DNA from: Bosea sp. F3-2
GTDB lineage: Bacteria > Pseudomonadota > Alphaproteobacteria > Rhizobiales > Beijerinckiaceae
Assembly: GCF_008253865.1 (NCBI RefSeq)
Contig: NZ_CP042331.1
Coordinates: forward strand, 2,979,300 to 3,003,299
DNA length: 24,000 bases
Direction: 5' to 3'
The translations under genes and the position numbers were made by a program. Under the pieces are notes generated by a model, which was not told where the DNA came from, searched no databases, and saw only the letters and a list, made by a program, of their open reading frames with translations. This document shows, piece by piece, positions 8,218-16,531 of the stretch (positions are counted from its first letter, which is position 1; every line of letters starts with the position of its first letter).

Positions 8218-8337
8218 CTTGAAGGCAGTGCTCGCGGGTTGGCCAACACAGCCGGAAATCGGGGCCGCTACGTCGAGCATCTTGCGGTCAATAACTACGC
8301 GGCAGCCTAAGCGAGAGAGCCCGGCCAGCCGGCCGCA

Positions 8338-8964
8338 ATGTATTGTAGGTTTTGCGACGCGGAGGCCATCATGGACGACGCTGTTTCCAAACTTGCCCGG
8401 CAACTTCTCGAAACAGGAGTCGACGGCCTGCCAGAACGAGAGCGCCGCGTAGTCCTTCACATAGCCAAACAGACTCATATCAGCCGGGACCTGAACCGTA
8501 CTTTTGAAGAGCGGCAGACTTACGGCGAGCGCCTAGCTGATCAAGTGGCAAGGTTCGGCGGCTCCTGGACGTTCATCATCCTATTCGTCTTGTTGCTTAT
8601 CGCATGGGTCATCCTGAATACCGTCGTCCTTATGCGCATCGGCGGTTTTGACCCGTATCCCTACATTTTCTTGAATCTGATACTATCGATGATTGCCGCC
8701 ATACAGGCGCCCGTTATCCTGATGTCGCAGAATCGGCAGGCTATGAGGGATCGGATTGCGGCCAGTCTCGACTATGAAATCAACCTCAAGGCAGAGGTTG
8801 AGATTATGGCGCTGCACGACAAGCTCGACCATATCCGAGTAGAGCATTTGGAAGGCTCTCTCCACGATCAAGCGAAGAAAATTGAAGACCTGAGCCAGTT
8901 CGTTTACGCTAAGCTGGGTGGAGAACCGATCGCTCCGTCGAGGTCTGAAGCGAAAACATCGTAG
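8338..8964 (+). CDS. DUF1003-family membrane protein
   Basis: Family-typical core: FGGSW.FI..F, DPYPYI.LNL.LS..AA.QAP.I.MSQNRQ, followed by a coiled C-terminus. An alternative start at ATG 8371 has the better RBS (GGAGG 5 nt upstream). Confidence 0.85.
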   Translation: MYCRFCDAEAIMDDAVSKLARQLLETGVDGLPERERRVVLHIAKQTHISRDLNRTFEERQTYGERLADQVARFGGSWTFIILFVLLLIAWVILNTVVLMRIGGFDPYPYIFLNLILSMIAAIQAPVILMSQNRQAMRDRIAASLDYEINLKAEVEIMALHDKLDHIRVEHLEGSLHDQAKKIEDLSQFVYAKLGGEPIAPSRSEAKTS

Positions 8965-9402
8965 CCACCTGCGCTGACAGACGAATTTCACCGCAGTTCG
9001 TCATATGGGCAACCTTCGGTCGTTGACCGGCCGAGCCATTCAGCGCTCGCTCGATCGAATTTCCGCCTGCGAGGCGCTGCGGAAGCTCAGCCCCGCTCCG
9101 TTCGGCGCCAGGGAGGCCGCAGCCTTGGTCGTGTTCGATCAAAACCGCGAAGTGATACTGCAAGCAGCTCGATCTGCTTATGGGAGGCATCGCTCGGGAT
9201 TTTACCGGCTGACCGTCGCGAATTTCTCTTGAGACACCGCGGGCGATGATTTGCGTTTTACCTTTCATCGGGCGGTTAGTAGAAGCGCGGCTTTCGTTAA
9301 CCTGATAAGCGCCAGTCGGAATAACGGAGCGGAGCCGGCAGGTTGATAGAGGGCGCCAGAATGATTGAGAGTAGCCCTCCCCGTGGCGGAGAGGTCCGGC
9401 TA

Positions 9403-9432
9403 CCCGAAAGCTGACGTCCGCCATGTCGGCTA
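9403..9432 (+). repeat. 30-nt hairpin motif, copy 1 (CCCGAAAGCTGACGTCCGCCATGTCGGCTA; stem 9410-9416 / 9424-9430)
   Basis: It matches 14530-14559 at 27 of 30 positions, and all three differences are T/C transitions. Confidence 0.6.
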
Positions 9433-9497
9433 TGGGCCAGCGCGGAACATGCGTGGCGATATCTGCAAGCGGCGGCTTGGAGTCGCAAGCCAATGTT

Positions 9498-9531
9498 CCC
9501 GGCCCGGAAAGGGGCTGGGTTTTTTGTTGTT
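9498..9531 (+). terminator. Strong rho-independent terminator, plus-strand oriented
   Basis: 8-bp GC-rich stem CCCGGCCC / GGGCTGGG (one G-U pair) with loop GGAAAG, followed by TTTTTTGTTGTT. On the minus strand the wobble becomes an A-C mismatch and no U-tract follows. Confidence 0.75.
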
Positions 9532-9785
9532 CAGGCTGCCTCAGGTGACGCTACTCGCCCCGTGACCGCGAGATATCTGTCGCTGGAATGGATGACTGCC
9601 ACGTCTATCTGGATGCCGTCCTCGCATGTAATGCGCAGGCTGTAGCCTAGCTCGGCAGGATCGACGTCCGAGATGTCGCAGAACAGGTATCCAGCCCGGA
9701 TATCGTCGTAGTCGCTGCTAAATTGATAGGAGAGCGGGAGCGTCTGCCCGTCCCGAAGGACGAGCATCCCCTTTCCGGTGTGCAT
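9531..9785 (-). CDS. Hypothetical small protein, 84 aa
   Basis: ATG ORF with a composition resembling a beta-rich globular protein. No family recognised. Confidence 0.5.
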   Translation of the reverse strand: MHTGKGMLVLRDGQTLPLSYQFSSDYDDIRAGYLFCDISDVDPAELGYSLRITCEDGIQIDVAVIHSSDRYLAVTGRVASPEAA

Positions 9786-10094
9786 GATTGCTTGTCCCCG
9801 CCTTAGCGGCGTCGCTTTGCGCCGCAGCGGTCATTTCCAAACGTCGGCATGGAGACAACTGCCTTGGCAGTACGCGCCTGTTTCAGGTTGGAGGCAAATC
9901 ACATTTGGCGCTGGCTTCAGGCCGACTGGCCCCGTTGTTCGTGCGTCATTCCGACACAACGCCAGGTCCGGAACCTATCCATTCGCGTCGCCATTCCCCT
10001 CGTGCCGCTCTCAAGCGCCGAGGAAATCCTTCAGCGGCGTTTGTTGCCGGCCCCGGAAAGCGGCGGTGGTTGCTTCCCCGTAATCACCTGAGTT

Positions 10095-10122
10095 GGCCCC
10101 GCTGGCTTCGGCTGGCGGGGCC
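10095..10122 (-). terminator. Stem-loop downstream of the DUF1236 gene (12-bp stem; the tetraloop is UUCG on the plus strand and CGAA on the minus-strand transcript)
   Basis: GGCCCCGCTGGC-TTCG-GCTGGCGGGGCC lies 19 nt past the stop at 10141. It has no U-tract, so terminator function is inferred. Confidence 0.45.
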
Positions 10123-10140
10123 TACTCGATTGATCGGAAA

Positions 10141-10446
10141 TCATTCAATGATTTGAATGATCTTGCGTGTGCTCGGCTCGACCAGAACCGTCTTGTCATT
10201 GATGATAGCGAAGCGGTACTGCGTCACGCCGACATCTGAAGGCAGCGTATGCAGTGTGACTGAAGACGGTAGCGCGGTGCCAACGGAAACCGTCTCAGTC
10301 ACCTTCACCGAGGCCGGCTTTTCCTTCATAACGAAGGACTTTACTTTGCCCTGCTGCTCGGTCGTGATGGTGGTGGTCGAGGTCTGGGCAATCGCCGCGG
10401 AGCAGGCGAGCGCCGCAACCAGCGAAATCAGGACCGGGTAACGCAT
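10141..10446 (-). CDS. DUF1236-family secreted protein
   Basis: AAGGAGA RBS 6 nt upstream. Signal peptide (MRYPVLISLVAALACSAAIAQ). The C-terminal pattern VG..LP..V.L..LP......Y.F..IND..VLV.P.TRKI..II is typical of DUF1236. Confidence 0.8.
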   Translation of the reverse strand: MRYPVLISLVAALACSAAIAQTSTTTITTEQQGKVKSFVMKEKPASVKVTETVSVGTALPSSVTLHTLPSDVGVTQYRFAIINDKTVLVEPSTRKIIQIIE

Positions 10447-10670
10447 CGAGGTTCTCCTTTCTGGATCCCCCCGCTGGTTCGCAAACGTCGATGCAGCCTG
10501 CTTGTTCCGTCAGTTAAGCATTGTAGCCAACGCGAGCCCACGGAACTGTTTCGTTTGGTGGCGGTTATTGTTGTGCTGCTTTTCAGGGCCGATGGAGCTG
10601 TCTCCAGCGGTTGGTAGGAAGTAATGGAGAGCAGCGGTGGTTGCCCGTCAAAAGGCAATTACGTGAGTGG

Positions 10671-10702
10671 AGCCGCTTCGGTTTCCGGAGCGGCTTCTTT
10701 CG
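10671..10702 (+). terminator. Terminator-like hairpin with a T-rich tail on the plus strand
   Basis: AGCCGCTTCGG-TTT-CCGGAGCGGCT followed by TCTTTCG. No upstream plus-strand CDS is evident. It lies 65 nt before the 10767 ORF. Confidence 0.35.
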
Positions 10703-10766
10703 TGGCCGATGACGCGGAACACTTCGGGCCTGGGATCGTTCCCTTTTCGAGAGGTGGGCTCCTGGT

Positions 10767-11009
10767 TTGATCGTGGTGTTGGTCTTGGTTCTGGGTTTTG
10801 TTGTGGCCGGAGTTGTTTTCGCAATTTGGGCCGAGCGGTGGACTGCGGTGCCTTGGAACCGGCGTGACGTCTCCGAGCCAGGTCCGGTCGACCGCCACCC
10901 CGAAGCATCGTCTTTCACTCAACCGATCGGAGCAGTCGACCCCGTTGCGGCGTTGAATCAATGGTGGAATTGGGTGCCATGGTTGCGGCGCGGGCGAAGC
11001 GGCATCTGA
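10767..11009 (+). CDS. Hypothetical small membrane-anchored protein, 80 aa
   Basis: TTG start with GAGGTGGG 8 nt upstream. It has an N-terminal TM helix (IVVLVLVLGFVVAGVVFAIW). The competing minus-strand ORFs are low-complexity. Confidence 0.35.
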   Translation: MIVVLVLVLGFVVAGVVFAIWAERWTAVPWNRRDVSEPGPVDRHPEASSFTQPIGAVDPVAALNQWWNWVPWLRRGRSGI

Positions 11010-11115
11010 TATTCGGCGGGTTCAGCTTTGCCGCAACAGCTCCAGCGCGCGGCCACAACTGAAACCTAACTTGCCGGCCCCGCTGGCTCGAAGCCTCCGG
11101 CTCGGTCCAGCCGGG

Positions 11116-11406
11116 CTAAATGATATTGAGATCCAGAATAAACATGATCACCCAAGCGAGAGCCATAAAGCCAAAAAGCAGACCGCTTTTTCGCGATGGA
11201 GTTTTTACATCGCTCCAAATGCCAAAGAGAGACGCGTTCCACAGCATCGAAGTCGAAACCCCGGCGCAAATCAACGCGTTTCCCAAACTTGCCCATGGTC
11301 TCGTTGGTACCACTGCCCCGAGAGCTGATACCGCCAAGATCATTCCAAGCGAAAACAGAGCGCTAGGGATGATCTTCAGCATGCGCTCTGCGTTACCGAT
11401 TTGCAT
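11116..11406 (-). CDS. Hypothetical small membrane protein, 96 aa, about 3 TM helices
   Basis: Hydrophobic segments are consistent with TM helices. AT-rich codon usage. A hairpin follows the stop at about 11079-11115. Confidence 0.5.
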   Translation of the reverse strand: MQIGNAERMLKIIPSALFSLGMILAVSALGAVVPTRPWASLGNALICAGVSTSMLWNASLFGIWSDVKTPSRKSGLLFGFMALAWVIMFILDLNII

Positions 11407-11737
11407 TCCGTGCCCGCCAGATACCGCACCTCGCGTGCTTCCACTCTTCCGACCAGGTCGAGATCTCGCGGCCGGCGAAGATGGAAAACTTCATGGGAGG
11501 TTGTCGGGCGGGTAAGGCATCGGCCTCGGTCAGTGCATCTGGTGAGCTTCGCCTGTTCCAGATTCGCTCGGGTGATGAAAGCCTCTAGCTTGGTCAGAGC
11601 CTCGCCTGCCGGCAGCCTAAGGCTGCCGATGCAGCGTTTCTCACATCCGTGGAACTCACACCGACCTCTTCCAAAGTGAGTTTTCCGCGGATGTCCTCAG
11701 TGCATGAGCCGGCCTAGTGATTTGAGGTGATGACGAA

Positions 11738-12823
11738 TCAAGGTGGCTTGCCAGTGGCAGCCTGTGGAGCGTCCTCCAGGTCCTGATACGCGATGTCGAG
11801 GGCTGCGACACGCCGTGCAGAAGCGGACCAGTTTGCCAGGCTCAATGCGTTATCGGCCAACCAGTTGAGCGCGGCATGGACCTGCATGAAGGCTGCTGTA
11901 ACCTGCATCAGATCGCCCAGTGTCATGTCGCCGGACAAATATTTGGGCGCCCCCAGGAATAACGGAATTGTCGGGGAAAGGAGATTGTTGCTGCTGGTCA
12001 GCAACATCATGCGGGTCTGGCGCCCGATCATTTCGACCCAACGGCCGGCAAGGGCCGAGAACGACCGTTCGAGCGCGCTGCGCTCGTCGCTCTCCGTGAC
12101 CCCGAATGCGTTGGCTTCAGTCCTTTCTCGCGTCCGCATCAGTGCGTAGCGGAAATCGCCTTCCCCCGCGGCCTTCTCTTCCACGCGTCTGACCAGCGGC
12201 CATCCGAGCCGGTACATGGCAAGGGAGGTTCCCGCCGAATAGACGAAGACGGCGATCACGAAGTAACCGGGGATCGTTACGCCGCCTAGCGCAATCCCTC
12301 CTCCGACATACCAGAGCACAAGCACGAGCGACGTCGAGAGGAGGAAAGTGTTGATGATGCCGCCCGCGAGGTCGACAAACAGCTCCACCGAGATCCGGCC
12401 ATCATCCGCGATCCGGGCCTCCGGATTGTCGATGGCACGGATCATCTCGATCTGTTCAACTCGCCGGCTGTGAATCCAGCGGACAATGAGGGTTTCGGTC
12501 AGCCATTTCCGCCAACGCAGTTGCAGCCGCATGCGGGTTTGTATGCCCGCCGTCGAGATTGCGGTGGCAGTAACGGCCAGCGCCAGGATGAAGACGACGC
12601 TCATTCGGAGCGCAGCTCTGTCCCCGATTTGCAGGGCGTCAAAGAAATACTTGTTCCATTGATTGAACCCAACCGCGACCAGCATGCTGGCGATCAGGCA
12701 TGTCAGGAAGCCGAGCGAAAGCAGCCATGCAGTCTTGCGTGACGGCCCCGACCAGAAACCGAAGGCCAGGACGACGAAACGGCGTAGAAGATGGCGACGG
12801 ACTGAATTGGCCGGCATCGACAT
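11738..12823 (-). CDS. SbmA/BacA-like (ABC_membrane_2-type) transporter, transmembrane domain only, no ATPase domain
   Basis: Start taken at MSMPANS (ATG 12823); the 94 codons upstream in the track ORF are Arg/Pro/Gly junk. Motifs: FNQWNKYFFDAL, LRWRKWLT, and IDNPEARIADD, which matches the DNPDQRI-type motif of this clan. Confidence 0.75.
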   Translation of the reverse strand: MSMPANSVRRHLLRRFVVLAFGFWSGPSRKTAWLLSLGFLTCLIASMLVAVGFNQWNKYFFDALQIGDRAALRMSVVFILALAVTATAISTAGIQTRMRLQLRWRKWLTETLIVRWIHSRRVEQIEMIRAIDNPEARIADDGRISVELFVDLAGGIINTFLLSTSLVLVLWYVGGGIALGGVTIPGYFVIAVFVYSAGTSLAMYRLGWPLVRRVEEKAAGEGDFRYALMRTRERTEANAFGVTESDERSALERSFSALAGRWVEMIGRQTRMMLLTSSNNLLSPTIPLFLGAPKYLSGDMTLGDLMQVTAAFMQVHAALNWLADNALSLANWSASARRVAALDIAYQDLEDAPQAATGKPP

Positions 12824-13062
12824 AGCACTAAGATGGTCCCGCAGTGACCGAACGGGAAGTCCTGGGTTCGCTCCACTTCCCCCCGACCACAAGGTTAACT
12901 CGCCCTGCTGCGATCCGACGCAGCGGTCGGCGGCTGCGCCGGAAGCTGTGGTCCCAGCCGGACCTAGGCACCGAGTTTGGCCGGGCGAGATGCCGATAGG
13001 TAGACTCTTGCTCCCGAGCAGAAGTTGGCAAAAGCGGCTATGGTCATGTCGGACGCGAGACC

Positions 13063-14244
13063 ATGCTCTCGTTCGGGGTGGAGAAGGCCGTGGGTTCTGC
13101 TTCAACGCCGCCGCGGCGCCCTTCGCCGCCGATCCGGGACGAGCGACTGCCGGACCCGGAGGTCGTGCCGACGGACGCCGCCGACGAGGCGGAGATGCCG
13201 CTGCCGTCCAATCCGCAAACGTTCTTTCTCGCGGGTCTTTTCATCTTGGGCGCCTTGGCGGCAGTCTACGTCGCCAGTTCGATCATCCTCCCCGTCGTGC
13301 TCGCCTTCGCGCTGAAGCTCCTTCTCCAACCCGCCATGCGTCTCCTTGAGCGTGTGCATGTCCCGCGGGCCATCGGAGCCCTCTTGCCGATCCTGCTGGT
13401 TGTTGGAGTACTCGTGGGTCTTGTGGCGGCCTTGTCAGGCCCCGCCGCCACCTGGGCGGCGAGATTGCCTGAAGGCATACCGCGTCTGGAAGCCCATCTG
13501 GTGGTTCTCAGAGGCCCAATCCAAGCGTTGCAAAAGGTCATCCAACAGGCCGAGCAGGTCGCTGAGGCTCCCGGACAGAAGGACCACTTCATTGCACTTC
13601 GCCGTGATCTCGGCCTAACAGGCGCCCTGTTCGCCGGGACCCGTGCGGTCCTCGATGGTCTGTTTACGACCATCCTGGTGCTCTATTTTCTGTTGGTCTC
13701 GGGCGATACGTTCCTTCGACGGATGGTAGAAATCCTGCCCAGATTCAGTGACAAGCGACAAGCCGTCGACATCGCTCGGCAGATCGAAGAGGACATCTCC
13801 GCCTATTTGGTGACGATCACGGCCATGAATGCCACGGTCGGGGTCGCCACCGCGGCCGCAATGCAACTTTGCGGCCTTGGAGACCCCTTGTTGTGGGGGG
13901 CCACAGCGTTCCTGCTCAACTACATTCCAATTTTGGGGCCGCTGTTTGGAGCCGTCATCCTTCTCCTCGCCGGAATGCTGAGTTTCGACGGCCTATGGTG
14001 GGCGGTGCTGCCGCCGGCCCTCTACTTCGGTATCCACGTCGTCGAAGGTGAAACGCTGACGCCCATGCTGCTTGCGCGGCGCTTCACGTTGAACCCCGTG
14101 CTGGTCATCTTGTCACTGGTGTTCTGGTTCTGGATGTGGGGCGTGCCTGGCGCGATCCTGGCCGTTCCAATGCTGGCCATTCTGAAGATCGTCTGTGATC
14201 GGGTGCGACCGCTGAGGGCCCTGGGACACTTCCTCGAAGGATAA
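13063..14244 (+). CDS. AI-2E family transporter (PerM/YhhT, UPF0118)
   Basis: 393-aa polytopic ORF with the family-typical C-terminal region (LNYIP.LGP, E..L.P.L......L.P..V..S..FW.W.WG..G..LAVP). The start could instead be M45 (13195). Confidence 0.85.
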   Translation: MLSFGVEKAVGSASTPPRRPSPPIRDERLPDPEVVPTDAADEAEMPLPSNPQTFFLAGLFILGALAAVYVASSIILPVVLAFALKLLLQPAMRLLERVHVPRAIGALLPILLVVGVLVGLVAALSGPAATWAARLPEGIPRLEAHLVVLRGPIQALQKVIQQAEQVAEAPGQKDHFIALRRDLGLTGALFAGTRAVLDGLFTTILVLYFLLVSGDTFLRRMVEILPRFSDKRQAVDIARQIEEDISAYLVTITAMNATVGVATAAAMQLCGLGDPLLWGATAFLLNYIPILGPLFGAVILLLAGMLSFDGLWWAVLPPALYFGIHVVEGETLTPMLLARRFTLNPVLVILSLVFWFWMWGVPGAILAVPMLAILKIVCDRVRPLRALGHFLEG

Positions 14245-14529
14245 AGTGGGATTGCCCTTTCGGAAGGGGTGCGACGGGCGCCAACCTCAGCAAAAAGCGG
14301 TTAGATCGCTTGTGTCATGCACGACGTGAAGGTAGCCCCGCCCATGGCGACCGTCAGATGGTGCTGCAGATTGTGCTGCAACGCTTCAAGTCCGAGCTTC
14401 GCTAGTTCATCTCGGGTGCGCAACCGACCACACCCGCTGCGTCCCGCCAAATGGGACTACCTGAAGGAGACACCCTCCAACGTCAGAACGGGCCGATGGT
14501 GCCCTTGGGCCGGCGAGCCGATCAGAATT

Positions 14530-14559
14530 CCCGAAAGCCGACGTCCGCCACGTCGGCCA
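14530..14559 (+). repeat. 30-nt hairpin motif, copy 2 (CCCGAAAGCCGACGTCCGCCACGTCGGCCA; perfect 7-bp stem 14537-14543 / 14551-14557)
   Basis: It matches 9403-9432 at 27 of 30 positions. It lies in the 412-bp convergent intergenic region 14245-14656. Confidence 0.6.
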
Positions 14560-14656
14560 CGCCATGACCGTTACGCGCTCCACCGCGAATGTCTCAGATG
14601 GGGTCGTGAGCAGACATGGCCAGCTCGGTCTGTGAAGGGAAATGGGCGCATCCGCA

Positions 14657-15184
14657 TCAAGGCAACGCACGAGATGGGTGGCGTGTCGAGCAATCGCGCC
14701 GCAAGCCGCCGATCAATTCCGCGGCTCCTTTCAGAGGAACTGTCAGCTTTTCCTGTCCTACACGCACGGTGAGTCGCTTTGGTCCGATCATCAGGTCGAA
14801 CAGCTCATCGGACGGGCCAGCGACTACGACGACGTTATCGCCGCCCAGGCCATCTGGGACGGGAGCGGTTGCTATGCGTCGGACGGTCCGCACTGCGGCG
14901 TCGAAAACGGCGGTGGTTTGCTCATTGTCCCGAAGATTGGCGGGCCGCATGACAATGCCGACCGCAATCTCGTCGGGCATTTGGCAGGACAGAGTCAGAT
15001 AAACCGTGCCTGATGCCGGAATGCCGAACACTACGACGCCGCTGTCGTTCCTGCTCCAGGCTGGCTGAACGTCTCCGGCGATGCCCGCACGGCTCGGGAG
15101 CATCGCAAAAAGGCAGCTCAGCAAGGTCGCGAGGACGAAGACTTTTGTATCGAATTGATCAGTTGCTGATAGACACGAGTGCAC
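14657..15184 (-). CDS. Hypothetical secreted protein, 175 aa
   Basis: The ATG ORF carries a signal-like N-terminus (KVFVLATLLSCLFAMLPSRAG) that shares its module with 6757..7062. The body looks like a beta-rich globular protein. Confidence 0.5.
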   Translation of the reverse strand: MHSCLSATDQFDTKVFVLATLLSCLFAMLPSRAGIAGDVQPAWSRNDSGVVVFGIPASGTVYLTLSCQMPDEIAVGIVMRPANLRDNEQTTAVFDAAVRTVRRIATAPVPDGLGGDNVVVVAGPSDELFDLMIGPKRLTVRVGQEKLTVPLKGAAELIGGLRRDCSTRHPSRALP

Positions 15185-15282
15185 TCTTGCGCTCTACCAA
15201 AGCGGATCTCAAATCTTGTCGGCGGGAAAATCCGACGTCCACAACGGGTCCGCGAGCAGCCATCGGCGCAGGATCGTTGCCG

Positions 15283-16525
15283 TTAGGCTGAATCGTCCTT
15301 CTTTTTCTCGGCCATGGCTGCCGAGAGAAACCTACCGATCTTTTCGTTCTCCTGGGCGATGTAGCTGTCTTCAAGATGGGCATATCTCGCGTGGTTTCGC
15401 TGCTTCGATGTCCGAGCAGCTTCCCTATGACGTTGATGGAGACGCCGTTGCGGATGGCCAACGAGGCGAAGCTATGGCGCAGGTCATGAATCCGAACGTC
15501 GGATAGGCCGGCTGCACTGCGAACACGCTGCCAGGGCCGCTGAAGGTCGACGAGATGTCGCGCGTGCCGACGGCCGACGATCACATAGGGATTCCCCTCG
15601 ATCCGTGGCAGGTTCTCCAGAAGGTCGATGGCCGCTTGCGTCAGCTCGATATTCTTGGGTCCCGTTTTGGAATCGATCAGTCGGAGGCGCCGCCGATCAA
15701 ACTGCACGTTCTCCCATTGCAGAGTGAGGATCTCGCTCAGACGCGCCCCAGGCTGGATCAGCAGCCTGATAGCCGTGATGGCATAGAGTGACTCCGAATC
15801 CTCGCGCTCGAACTGGTCGAGAGCCGCCGCCAGCCTCTGGAATTCGTCTCGGCTGAGAAAGCGCTCCTTCTGCTTCTCGCCATAACGGACAATGCCTTTC
15901 ACGGGATTGCTGGCTTTCGGGCGCAGACCCCAAAGCTCGGCCAGATTGAAAATTTTTGAGAGCAGGGTCAGGCAGCGATTCGCGACACCAGGGCCTCCTT
16001 TGACGACAAGCCCACCACCCTGCTCCTTTTGCTTCGCCTTCGCATCCTTTGGCGCCGTTTTGCCGTTCCGGACGGCATTCTTGAACGACTCGATATCTGC
16101 CGGTATTCATCGGCGAACTTCTGCCCAAGCAATGGGAGAACGTGATTGTCGAGATTCATGCGATCCAAGCGGACGCTCGACGCCTTCTTTTTCGGAATCG
16201 CATATTGTTCGATGTAGCGGGCGCAGAACTCCCTCATGCGAACTCGCTCGCTGAATTTGGCCTTTCTCGGATCCTTGCCTTGAACGATCTCGCCGAGGAG
16301 CCTCTTTGCCTCCGCTCGCGCGGTGTCTGGCGTCCACGGCGAACCGTGAATCCCAATCCTCAGCTGGCGCCGGTGCCCCTGGATGTTGGTTTTGAGGATG
16401 TACGATTTGGCTTTGGTCTGACACCGGACGCCAAAGCCTTTGACCTCGGCATCCCAGACGATCTGGTCTGGTCCAAGGCTGTCCACCACGGTCTTTGTGA
16501 TCCGAGTTGAGCTACGCTTGCCCAT
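15283..16525 (-). pseudogene. int: Tyrosine recombinase (phage/ICE-type integrase with DUF4102-like N-terminal arm-binding domain), disrupted by two frameshifts
   Basis: The N-terminal part (MGKRSSTRITKTVVDSL...VWDAEVKGFGVRC...) is in one frame. The reading frame shifts near 16100-16110 and continues with ...PADIESFKNAV...NPVKGIVRYGEKQKERFLS...HDLRHSFAS...LLGH. A second shift near 15385-15392 moves RYAHLEDSYIAQENEKIGRFLSAAMAEKKKDDSA-stop (ending at 15283) out of frame, which removes the catalytic Tyr. Confidence 0.85.
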
Positions 16526-16531
16526 ACGATC

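Noticed and set aside
9380-9440. Weak resemblance of GAGAGGTCCGGCTACCCGAAAG to the SRP (4.5S) RNA conserved domain
   Set aside because: Only a few bases (GGTCCGG, GAAAG) coincide. The symmetric-loop context and flanking helix of SRP RNA are absent.
8909-9493. 194-aa minus ORF and the 75-aa plus ORF 9005..9232
   Set aside because: Neither has an RBS or protein-like composition throughout. The minus ORF overlaps the DUF1003 3-prime end and reads through the repeat hairpin. I treat the region as non-coding or possibly sRNA.
10428-10961. Four overlapping minus-strand ORFs (10428..10658, 10583..10918, 10648..10908, 10659..10961)
   Set aside because: They are low-complexity Thr/Pro/Arg/Lys-rich translations that exclude one another, and are complements of a GT-rich stretch that encodes a TM helix on the plus strand.
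12824-13105. 94-codon N-terminal extension of the SbmA/BacA-like ORF
   Set aside because: The extension is Arg/Pro/Gly/Ser-rich and overlaps the start of the divergent AI-2E gene. The family-like sequence begins at MSMPANS (12823).
14290-14420. Short minus-strand frame ...RDELAKLGLEALQHNLQHHLTVAMGGATFTSCMTQAI-stop
   Set aside because: It is about 50 codons with only TTG starts, no RBS and no recognisable family. It may be a remnant but I cannot support it.
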